The notes under the pieces: model-generated
Databases searched by the model: none
The model's input: only the letters and a program-made list of their open reading frames with translations
Told to the model about the DNA's origin: nothing
Shown here: positions 1-7,559 of the stretch, piece after piece
Numbering within the stretch: position 1 is the stretch's first letter
Layout of the letters: every line of letters starts with the position of its first letter
Translations under genes and position numbers: made by a program
Source of the DNA: an uncultured Nitrososphaerales archaeon
GTDB taxonomy: Archaea > Thermoproteota > Nitrososphaeria > Nitrososphaerales > Nitrososphaeraceae
Direction: 5' to 3'
Assembly: GCA_963713605.1 (NCBI GenBank)
Contig: CAVQMO010000009.1
Span: forward strand, 1 to 11,694
Length of the DNA stretch: 11,694 bases

Positions 1-278
1 AGATTCGAAACTTCGTTGGTAAAAAAATATCTGCGTCTAACGAGAAAACCATTATCTTGATAGTACATATACCTAATGACAATGAGGAAAATGCTTCCAT
101 AATATTTGCTAGAACTCAGCTGTTGGAGCGTATTGACTGTAACAAATTATTCACTCGCCTCTCTTCCTTGGGAGCAAAAGGTGGAGGAAAGTCTACTTTT
201 GCTACAGGTATAATCAATAAGGAAAAGAAGCATATGCTAGTGAATCAACTTACTGCGGATGTTGGAAAGTTACTGTAA
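1..278 (+). CDS. 3' end of alanyl-tRNA editing protein (AlaX-like) / AlaRS C-terminal DHHA1 domain protein (5'-partial)
   Basis: The frame is open from position 3 (IRNFVGKKISASNEKTIILIVHIP...), so the ORF-track start at 57 is internal. It contains the DHHA1-type glycine motif GAKGGGKSTFATG; stop TAA 276-278. Confidence 0.7.
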   Translation, partial: IRNFVGKKISASNEKTIILIVHIPNDNEENASIIFARTQLLERIDCNKLFTRLSSLGAKGGGKSTFATGIINKEKKHMLVNQLTADVGKLL

Positions 279-333
279 TAAAAACAGCTCGATTTTAGGA
301 CAACTCCAAAAATAGGTAATCATTGTCTTGTTC

Positions 334-457
334 ATGAATAGACAATAAGGTTCAAGCATTCATATCATTGAAGATAGGATCTACTTCTTGAATTTAGGAA
401 TCGATTTTTCACTTGACCTAGATTGTTCAAATTAAGGATGAAAGAATCAACATCTGA
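334..457 (+). pseudogene. Possible decayed AbrB-like paralogue of the 569-787 gene
   Basis: ATG at 334, in-frame TAA at 346, then GSSIHIIEDRIYFLNLGIDFSLDLD aligns without gaps to GTVTSMVGKDTFSLNFNIDVATALD of the neighbour. After a frame change VQIKDERINI matches YEVSGDRLII. Manual alignment only. Confidence 0.35.
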
Positions 458-568
458 AGCAGAACCTGAGGACCTGGGGGAGTTGCGTTAATAGCTAGTT
501 ATTAGTGTGCCTTGCCGATATAATAGATGTAATACTGGTAAGAAAAAGTTAATGCTCAGGGGCTAACC

Positions 569-787
569 TTAGCCTGAGATTTTTCTGATAATTAGTCGGT
601 CACCGCTGACTTCATATCTTAATGTCTCCTTGTGGTCAAAATCTAATGCAGTCGCAACATCTATATTAAAATTTAAGGAAAAAGTATCCTTGCCTACCAT
701 TGAAGTTACCGTTCCACTATTTAATGCGTTATTTTGTTCTTCAGTCCCATTAAATTTCTGATAAAGTTGTTTTTTTGGATGTTTCAT
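569..787 (-). CDS. Small AbrB/MazE/SpoVT-like DNA-binding protein
   Basis: 72 aa. The C-terminal pattern FSLNFNIDVATALDFDHKETLRYEVSGDRLIIRKI fits the swapped-hairpin AbrB fold. TATA box 25 nt upstream. Confidence 0.7.
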   Translation of the reverse strand: MKHPKKQLYQKFNGTEEQNNALNSGTVTSMVGKDTFSLNFNIDVATALDFDHKETLRYEVSGDRLIIRKISG

Positions 788-811
788 GCAGGAATACTTT
801 GCAAATTAGTG

Positions 812-819
812 ATATAAAA
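812..819 (-). promoter_or_regulatory. Archaeal TATA box for the AbrB-like gene (probably leaderless transcript)
   Basis: Minus-strand TTTTATAT ends about 25 nt before ATG 787. Confidence 0.6.
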
Positions 820-990
820 CTAATGTTCTACCCAAAGATTTCGTGTTAACCACTACTAGCATAATTCTTCTTAACGAACCTAACACAGAATTCATCAGTT
901 AATGATGACAAAATGCTATGCTCATGACCGATAATCTTGTATTTATTTATTAGTATTTTCAGCAAATTTTTAGCCGTGCAGTATCAGTAG

Positions 991-997
991 TTTAAAT
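991..997 (+). promoter_or_regulatory. TATA box for the Rid-family gene
   Basis: TTTAAAT about 25 nt upstream of ATG 1022. Confidence 0.5.
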
Positions 998-1021
998 TAC
1001 CGTCCTAAATTAGTGTGGAGC

Positions 1022-1487
1022 ATGATTGAGGAAAAGTTATCAGCTTATGGCATAAAATTGTCCACCAAACCCCTCCCCCTTGGCTCATATTCACCTGTAG
1101 TAATCATGGACAGCTTTGCATTTGTATCTGGTCAAATCGCAATAGATACGAATAAACAACCTGCAGAGGTGATCTACAAAGGAAAGGTCGGGAAGGACAT
1201 TTCAATAGATGACGCAAAGAAAGCGAGCACAGCTCTGTGTAATTAATGGACTAAGTCAATTGAAATCTGCACTAGGGGATCTGGAGAGAATAAGAAGATT
1301 TCTAAAGTTATCAGGTTTTGTTAATTGTGAACCATCCTTTGTCGACCATGCAATTGTCATGAATGGCGCGTCAGACTTTCTGTTCCAAATATTTGGAGAA
1401 CGGGGCAGGCATGCCAGAATTGCAGTTGGCGTTAACAGTCTCCCGTTAGACAGTTGCATTGAAATTGACACTATTGTGGAAATCTAG
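1022..1487 (+). CDS. Rid (YjgF/YER057c/UK114) family protein, with one apparent frameshift
   Basis: ORFs 1013-1246 and 1209-1487 join by removing A1226 (..DAKKA|AQLCVIN..). Motifs: PLGSYSPVV, FVSGQI, GKVG, NGASD, GRHARIAVGVNSLP, IEI. Likely start ATG 1022. Confidence 0.9.
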
Positions 1488-1522
1488 TTCAAGTTCCTCC
1501 CCAATTGCTGGCCGAGTGACAA

Positions 1523-1530
1523 TTATATAA
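1523..1530 (+). promoter_or_regulatory. TATA box of the tRNA-Tyr gene
   Basis: TTATATAA about 25 nt upstream of the tRNA 5' end at 1555. Confidence 0.7.
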
Positions 1531-1593
1531 CATAAGTGTAGCAACGAATTCTGTCCCGCGGTCAGCTCAGCCTGGTAGAGCTTTCGGCTGTAG

Positions 1594-1659
1594 ATGTTGG
1601 CTGAATAGAATGTAAAGCTAACCACGAGAAGCAGCCTATTGGGCATACAACTTGCGGTA
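1594..1659 (+). other. tRNA intron 1, canonical 37/38 position, 66 nt
   Basis: Central helix CTGT(1588-91)/GCGG(1654-57), 3' bulge TA|A. The 5' site AG|AT lies in an internal loop closed by GTTG/CAAC (relaxed bulge-helix-loop form). Confidence 0.85.
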
Positions 1660-1680
1660 ACCGAAGAGTCGCAGGCTCAA

Positions 1681-1712
1681 ACGAAACTGAATCACTAATT
1701 CTTTCGGAGCAA
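1681..1712 (+). other. tRNA intron 2, non-canonical T-loop position (58/59), 32 nt
   Basis: Central helix GCTC(1675-78)/GAGC(1707-10), two AAA bulges (1679-81, 1711-13), intron-side helix CGAAA/TTTCG. Cutting after the 2nd nt of each bulge restores a 7-nt T loop, CTCAAAT. Confidence 0.85.
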
Positions 1713-1760
1713 ATCCTGCCCGCGGGATACAAGATTATTTTCAGAATTGCCTAGCCTTCA

Positions 1761-1768
1761 TTTATATT
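1761..1768 (+). promoter_or_regulatory. TATA box for the aldehyde dehydrogenase gene
   Basis: TTTATATT about 29 nt upstream of ATG 1797. Confidence 0.55.
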
Positions 1769-1796
1769 GGTATTTGTAAACTAAGCAACTACTACC

Positions 1797-3194
1797 ATGT
1801 CTACGACTATTATTGAAACCATTAACCCAGCAACTGGAAAGGTTATTGCAAAATATCAAAACATGACCGATGATCAGATAAGAGAAAAAGTCAGCAATGC
1901 TCGTCTCGCTCTACAAGGCTGGAAAAACCTGGATATCGGTGAACGCTGTAGCATTACTCGAAATTTGGGAAGGGTTATGAGAAAAAACAAGGATGCATAT
2001 GCAAAGCTCATTACCGAAGAAATGGGCAAGCCTATTCGTCAGGCGATTGCAGAAGTCGAAAAGTGCGCTTGGTTGTGTGATTATTATTCTGAAACTGCTG
2101 AATCCTTTCTTCGTGACGAATTAATTCCAACTGAATTTCGTAAAAGCTTTGTGTCATTTGAGCCGTTGGGTGTGGTAGCCGGAATTATGCCATGGAATTT
2201 TCCTTTCTGGCAGGCTATGCGATTTGCTGTTCCCGCGTTGACGGCAGGCAATGTTGAACTCCTAAAGCATTCTAGTGTATGTCTTGGCTCTGCGCTAAAG
2301 CTCGAAGAGGCATTTATAGACGCTGGTTTCCCCGAAAATGTTTTCCAGACTGTTATAGGTAATCCGACGGCAGGTGAGGCCCTAATTAGGTCGAAAATCG
2401 ATGCAGTGTCTGTCACTGGAAGCATCAGCACTGGAAAGAGAATTGCAGAGCTTGCCTCAAAGGACCTCAAAAAATTTGTTCTGGAATTGGGTGGAAGCGA
2501 TCCCTTCATAGTTCTAGATGATGCAGATCTTAGTCAGACAGCTTACACAGCAACTCAGTCTAGGCTTCTTAATACAGGTCAGAGCTGCATTGCCGCTAAA
2601 CGATTCATTGTAGTAAAAGAGGTAGCTGACAAGTTCACCAAGCTTTTTGTAGAGAATACCGAAGCAGAGCAAATTGGGGACCCCATGGATCCGAAAACAA
2701 CTGTAGGCCCACTAGTCAGAGAAAACCAGAGACAGACGCTATCAGTTCAAGTGCAGGATGCCAAAAGCAAGGAGGGAAAAATACTCACGGGTGGAAATTC
2801 TATCCCGGGTGAAGGCTATTTTTTTGAGCCAACTATTGTTTCAAATGTAAGGCATAGTATGAAAATTGTCAGAGAAGAAGTCTTTGGTCCTGCAGCCCCT
2901 ATCATGGTGGTAAATAACGAAGAGGAAGCGGTTGCAGAGGCAAACAACTCCGAGTTTGGACTTGGAGCAAGCATATGGACAAATAATCTTGAACGAGGGA
3001 TAAGATTAGCAAGACAAATTCAGAGTGGTATTGTATCAATTAACGAAATGGTAAGGTCTGATCCAAGGCTTCCATTTGGTGGAACTAAATTATCTGGAAT
3101 TGGAAGGGAATTGTCCGAATTTGGCATTAAAGAGTTTGTAAATATAAAGTCAGTTGTAGTCAAAGATATTACCAGTAAGCTGTTGGTTGAATAG
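1797..3194 (+). CDS. gabD: NAD(P)-dependent aldehyde dehydrogenase, succinate-semialdehyde dehydrogenase (GabD1/Sad-like)
   Basis: Intact 465 aa ORF with INPATG, PWNFP, VTGS, ELGGSDP (general-base Glu), NTGQSCIAAKRF (catalytic Cys), EEVFGP and PFGG. The ALDH call is firm; the substrate is inferred from subfamily motifs. Confidence 0.88.
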   Translation: MSTTIIETINPATGKVIAKYQNMTDDQIREKVSNARLALQGWKNLDIGERCSITRNLGRVMRKNKDAYAKLITEEMGKPIRQAIAEVEKCAWLCDYYSETAESFLRDELIPTEFRKSFVSFEPLGVVAGIMPWNFPFWQAMRFAVPALTAGNVELLKHSSVCLGSALKLEEAFIDAGFPENVFQTVIGNPTAGEALIRSKIDAVSVTGSISTGKRIAELASKDLKKFVLELGGSDPFIVLDDADLSQTAYTATQSRLLNTGQSCIAAKRFIVVKEVADKFTKLFVENTEAEQIGDPMDPKTTVGPLVRENQRQTLSVQVQDAKSKEGKILTGGNSIPGEGYFFEPTIVSNVRHSMKIVREEVFGPAAPIMVVNNEEEAVAEANNSEFGLGASIWTNNLERGIRLARQIQSGIVSINEMVRSDPRLPFGGTKLSGIGRELSEFGIKEFVNIKSVVVKDITSKLLVE

Positions 3195-3707
3195 CAGTTT
3201 TACCAATTTATTGCAAACTCCGAATCTCCTCCTTTAATTTTGAAATGAAACAAATAACGAGTTTCAATCTCAACATGAAAGCACATCTTAGTGGTGGCAT
3301 TAAGCAATGGGATTGCTGGGAGATCTTGAATCGACTCTACCCGATGTCAGAGAAAAGGGTTACCTGGTCTGACTATCATTCTAAGTAGAGCTAGTTTGAA
3401 TAACTGCAAAAAATCGCTATGTTTAATATGTTGAAGTTAATTAATCTTTGATATTATCTCATATGTCGTTAATAAGGAAAATCAAATGGATTCTTATGAA
3501 TATGTTTTCAAGAAAAAAAACAAAAATAGAAAGATAAAATGACTAACGTCGATTGTATCTTCACAAGCTTTTTGGTCCTTATGAATTACTAGGGAAGCGT
3601 AATGTTAATCGCTTTGTTGCTTCACACAACGTTAGCAAGATTGTTCGCCTAGGAATCTTTAATGAAGTCTAGAAGTTGTCTTCATAAAAAGAACTCCCGA
3701 TTATTCG

Positions 3708-5411
3708 TTAGCTCGGACGAAATTCTCTGAGCAACAATGGTTCATTTACATCATCAACATCACCTGTGAAATATCCTCGAGGTCCTCCTTCACATAACGT
3801 GTTAGGCAATGAACCACTTGAAGTAAGGTTCGCGATTACCTCTGCGGGAGTTGCGTCAGGGAATTGAGCTTTGTACAACGCCGCGGCTCCTGTAACATGT
3901 GGTGCAGCCATACTAGTTCCACTGTCTAAAGCATAGCTCGACCCATTATAGGTTGAAAATACATTCACACCTGGGGAGCCAACTTTACGTCTGGTCCATA
4001 ATTGCTAAAGAACGCAAATGAGTCGTCAGCCACAGACTTACCAGAGTTTTGCATATCAGGTCCTTCGCTACCGCATTGTCCATCACTATCTCCAATAGCC
4101 GAAACTGAAAGTACGTCAGGACTATTTGCTGGCGAAGAGGTAGCGGCATTTGACGCATTATTTCCTGCAGCAACGACAACGGTTATTCCTGCATTGACAG
4201 ACTTGTCTAATAGCATTGTTAAGTGCAGGAGAATTGGGATTTTCTATGCTTATATTGAGGACATCTATTTCATCTGCATGTTTGGTTGCATATTCTAGAC
4301 CTTTAATCTCGTCAGAGATTTTGCATTCGCCGAATTTGTCACATATTTTTATAGCCCATAGTCTAGCGCCAGGCGCAACGCCAACAACCCCAACGGAATT
4401 ATCCTCAGCAGCAGTTATTCCAGCTACGTGAGATCCATGACCCTGATCATCATTTCCGGAAGTTACACCATCTACAAAACTTACATTTCTGTACACATTC
4501 AGATCAGGATGGGTTAAGCTGACTCCAGTATCCAGAATTGCTATGTCTGCGTCAACTGGTTGCCTTCCAGCTTCTGAGACTGAAGATGTATCTGTTTCTT
4601 GTCCTTCGCTTTCATTAACGTTTATTGGAACAGTTCTCTTTACACTGTCTGGGACAATCTGGCTCCATTCAACTTGTGCGATGTGGCCAGCAGACGTCTG
4701 GGTCTCTATCTGATTGGTTATAAAACGATTATCTTGAAGGATCGGATGATTTGGGTCAGACAGTCTAACGACAAGAGCGTCATATGTTGGAAATTCGACA
4801 TAATCCACCAAGTATACGCCATCAGTGTTTGCAACATCGTTAACCGTTGCCAAGAATGCTGCTTCTGAAGTCGTATGTGTTGGTAATATGTATTCGGGGC
4901 AAGGGATATTGTAACTAACGTCAAATATATTTAGATTAAAGGACGGATTGTTAGGGGAGTTCGCTACCGTAATTGCCTTATAATTTTGTGTGTCCATGAT
5001 GTGCAGCACCCTTACACGTTCTGCAAGCACCTTAGCAAGATCTTGAATATTATATTGGGCACGAAATTCCGGTTTTAGTTCAAGAAGTACGTCATAGCAT
5101 GACAAAGGTTTGTATGCTCTTTGGAGATTTCTATCTAATATGAAAAGATTTGGACAGGAATTTTCTCTACAGTAATTAATTAGGTCCAATTGGCTTTGTA
5201 CGCTTGCTAAATCTGATTCTGAATATCTGATTCTGATTCTGATTCTGATTCTGATTCTGATTTCTGAAGAACCAGTAGAGTCAGATGAGCCATTATCACC
5301 ATTGTCTTGTCCATATGTTAACTGGGGTAGTGAAAACAAAAGCGTAATTGGCAAAATTAATGCAACAAAGCCCATTGACACAAATAAATTCGGTTTTTTA
5401 CCTTTATACAT
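3708..5411 (-). CDS. Secreted S8 (subtilisin-like) serine peptidase, with two apparent frameshifts
   Basis: Three ORF pieces join by removing one base at about 4208 and adding one at about 3976/3977 (LAAPGVNV). Catalytic motifs: DIAILDTG (Asp), HGSHVAG (His), AAGNN (oxyanion Asn), GTSMAAPHV (Ser). Signal peptide MYKGKKPNLFVSMGFVALILPITLLFSL from ATG 5411, which has a TATA-like element about 27 nt upstream. Confidence 0.9.
5212..5268. repeat. Hexamer tandem repeat (TCTGAT)n within the protease N-terminal linker
   Basis: Six perfect copies at 5226-5261 plus degenerate flanking copies at 5212-5225 and 5263-5268. Confidence 0.95.
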
Positions 5412-5421
5412 GCTAGAATTA

Positions 5422-5443
5422 CATCTTGCCAAGATGGTATTAA
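5422..5443 (-). promoter_or_regulatory. Protease promoter: TATA-like TTAATA (5443-5438) followed by palindrome CATCTTG-N-CAAGATG (5422-5436)
   Basis: A perfect 7-1-7 inverted repeat lies between the TATA-like element and ATG 5411. Confidence 0.55.
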
Positions 5444-5764
5444 GCATTTCCCCCAGCCCTTTTTGTTCATTCATCCAATTGGGGGAAAATATTGGCTCGC
5501 GTCACTAACATTAGCGATAAAGCATTTCAAATTTGGGTAAATACAAGTAATTCAAATTAAACTCCTGTACCAGCTTTAAATAATTGGAGTACATTGAATT
5601 TACCCGCTATTATGGTAGTGGCCAACGAAATTCTGATCTGCGAAAGGGAACTAAATTTAGGAACAGTAGATCTTAGTATACATGGACCGTTGTTAAAGTG
5701 AAACAGTCTATGCATCTTCTAGAATATCAAAAATCCGAAAGCTCGGCGACCATCATTGAATCTT

Positions 5765-5791
5765 TTGTCTGATGCGTTCATTATCAGACAA
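5765..5791. promoter_or_regulatory. 9-bp inverted repeat TTGTCTGAT-N9-ATCAGACAA upstream of the GT2 gene
   Basis: The repeat is seen directly; a regulatory role is inferred from its position in the divergent intergenic region. Confidence 0.35.
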
Positions 5792-5865
5792 GATTTTCCA
5801 AGTTTGGTATCCAAATCATGTTCTTTATTGTTGATTCTCAGTAGCTCTACAATAGGATATTTGTA

Positions 5866-7014
5866 ATGAATGGCTTTGAAATATTAGTATTAGTAGTGTG
5901 GCTATTTCCAATATTTGTTTTATGTAGCATAATTTACGGTTACCTCCGCAATAGATTTTTGTGTCATCTAAATCCAAACCTAACAAGCAAGATTATCATA
6001 CAGATAACCACATTGGATAACTATGACATAGTGAACAGGAATGTTGCAACTATAAGGTCTTACGATCTGCGTATCCCATATGATATATGGATAGTCACGG
6101 AGTCCTCATCAGTAGATAGGTATTATGGGGCAGATAAGATACTAACGGTTTCTCCAGAATTTATGTCAAAGGCGAAATACAAAGCAAGAGCGCTAGATTA
6201 CTCCTGCAAAGTTAGAGAGAGTTTGGGTATTAGCTCAAAGGATGTGAAGATACTCTTTTTGGATGACGATACAATTCCATCCAAAAAATATATCGAAACA
6301 TGTTATGAAGCAGATTATGATGTAATGCAGGGAATACTGCAACCAAAATTGAACTATGGTACACTATATTCATATGTTGAGAATATGAGAACGCTAGCTT
6401 GTTTGTCAGTATGTTCTATCTATCAATCGCATGGTCATCCGGTCTGGGTCCACGGGGAAGGCATCTGCGTCAGAGCCTCGACTGAACAGGCAGTGGGTTG
6501 GGGATTCAATCTTGTTTCCTCTGAAGATCTAGTTTTTGGACATAAATGTGCAGAAAAGAAAATGAAATGGGGATTTATCTGGAGACCTATCTATATAACA
6601 TCGCCTTGGACTTTCCGTGACTTCTTTAAGCAGCGCAAAAGATGGTTATGGGGCAATGCTCATGCGATCGCCAATATCCTAAATTGGAAGTCAAAAGTAA
6701 GGGTGCTTTGGTTCTACATAACTGGGGTATCTATCCTGTGGATATCAACTGCGGCGGCGATACTAGACCTGACAGGTAATTTAGACTTTGGACCTCTCGA
6801 GAGAACGTTGTTTTATTTTTCCCTGTTTATCTGGCTGGGATTGTATGGCTACATTGGATATCTTGTCGGCGGTGGAAAACTCAAACATATATTGTTAAGT
6901 ATAGCTTTAGCCTGGTTCGCGTCAATTATGAATACGTTTCCTATATGTGTAGGTCTATTCTTTAAAAGACCTGTCAAATTTGAAGTAATCGAAAAAGAAA
7001 GAAAGGTTATGTAG
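5866..7014 (+). CDS. Membrane glycosyltransferase family 2, egghead (beta-1,4-mannosyltransferase)-like
   Basis: Intact 382 aa ORF: N-terminal TM, KYKARALDY, LFLDDDT (DxD), HGEG, SEDLVFG (catalytic base), SPWTFRDFFKQRKRW (QxxRW), and about 3 C-terminal TM segments. Confidence 0.88.
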   Translation: MNGFEILVLVVWLFPIFVLCSIIYGYLRNRFLCHLNPNLTSKIIIQITTLDNYDIVNRNVATIRSYDLRIPYDIWIVTESSSVDRYYGADKILTVSPEFMSKAKYKARALDYSCKVRESLGISSKDVKILFLDDDTIPSKKYIETCYEADYDVMQGILQPKLNYGTLYSYVENMRTLACLSVCSIYQSHGHPVWVHGEGICVRASTEQAVGWGFNLVSSEDLVFGHKCAEKKMKWGFIWRPIYITSPWTFRDFFKQRKRWLWGNAHAIANILNWKSKVRVLWFYITGVSILWISTAAAILDLTGNLDFGPLERTLFYFSLFIWLGLYGYIGYLVGGGKLKHILLSIALAWFASIMNTFPICVGLFFKRPVKFEVIEKERKVM

Positions 7015-7559
7015 AACTGATCTCGTAGTTAGAGCACGATGATGTGAAATATATTTGTTAATCTAATTTCTGTTCGCATAATCTTATGGATAGGCATTAG
7101 TCCTAAACATTGTGATTTAATCAAAACCCTTTCTGCATACCCCATTGTTGATTTAGCATACGGAGACAGAACAGATCATTTAGAAGAAATAAGATGAAGC
7201 ATGAAACTATGTCTGTAGAAATTCAGATAAAGTTGTGTTGTCGCTATTCTTTCAGTTCCGATTCCATAATCTCTATTTGATAGACTCCTTTTTATGATGT
7301 ATTGGTTTACTCGTCCCGGACTTGTCAAACCAGATAATATTCGGAGTTCATTTACCAATTATGGAGTACGGCAACAGTAGTACTACCTGGTAAAGCAACA
7401 TTTAAGATGACAAATGCTTTCAGTTATAAGAGTCAGAGTTTCTTGGATTGCTTTGGAGTGATAGAGACATCGAAGAATGGGTGCAATTGATAAATATTCT
7501 ACAAATAAGAAAGCATTCAAATTTAACCAAACTGGTAACTCTTATTTTATTTCGTAAGG

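Larger units (their letters stand above)
1555..1727 (+). tRNA. tRNA-Tyr: tRNA-Tyr (GUA) with two introns; exons 1555-1593, 1660-1680, 1713-1727
   Basis: Acceptor stem CCCGCGG(1555-61)/CCGCGGG(1720-26) with C1:G72 and discriminator A1727 (archaeal Tyr identity). D stem GCTC/GAGC; anticodon stem TTCGG/CCGAA; anticodon GTA 1590-92; variable loop GAGTC; T stem GCAGG/CCTGC. CCA is not encoded. Confidence 0.93.

Noticed and set aside
569..787. Toxin-antitoxin pair
   Set aside because: No PIN/MazF-type toxin ORF next to the AbrB-like gene.
1446..1646. 66-aa minus-strand ORF
   Set aside because: Antisense to the tRNA and the Rid 3' end; no recognisable motif.
1594..1659. Nested third intron or C/D-box guide RNA inside the 66-nt anticodon intron
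   Set aside because: Several partial pairings exist (GCTG/CAGC, GTTGGCT/AGCTAAC, AATAG/CTATT), but none gives a convincing second BHB. CTGA is present but there is no good C box (RTGATGA).
1256..2509. Minus-strand ORFs 1256-1471 and 2084-2509
   Set aside because: Antisense shadows of the Rid and ALDH genes.
3245..3388. 47-codon plus-strand ORF (MKQITSFNLNMKAHLSGG...) after the ALDH
   Set aside because: No recognisable family or promoter; cannot be supported.
1713..3707. tRNA 3' end as an integration site for an island
   Set aside because: No integrase or transposase, and I saw no duplicated tRNA 3' segment in the window; the next gene is metabolic.
5212..5268. CRISPR array or phase-variation switch
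   Set aside because: A simple 6-nt tandem repeat without spacers; the unit is a multiple of 3, so copy-number change keeps the frame.
3985..5508. ORFs 3985-4179, 4002-4298, 4216-4431, 4599-4868, 4718-4924, 5302-5508
   Set aside because: Alternate-frame or antisense shadows of the S8 protease gene.
7176..7386. 60-aa minus-strand ORF and 10-bp palindrome GTAGTACTAC (7377-7386)
   Set aside because: TTG start, no motif and no clear TATA; a single 10-bp palindrome is unremarkable in 11.7 kb.
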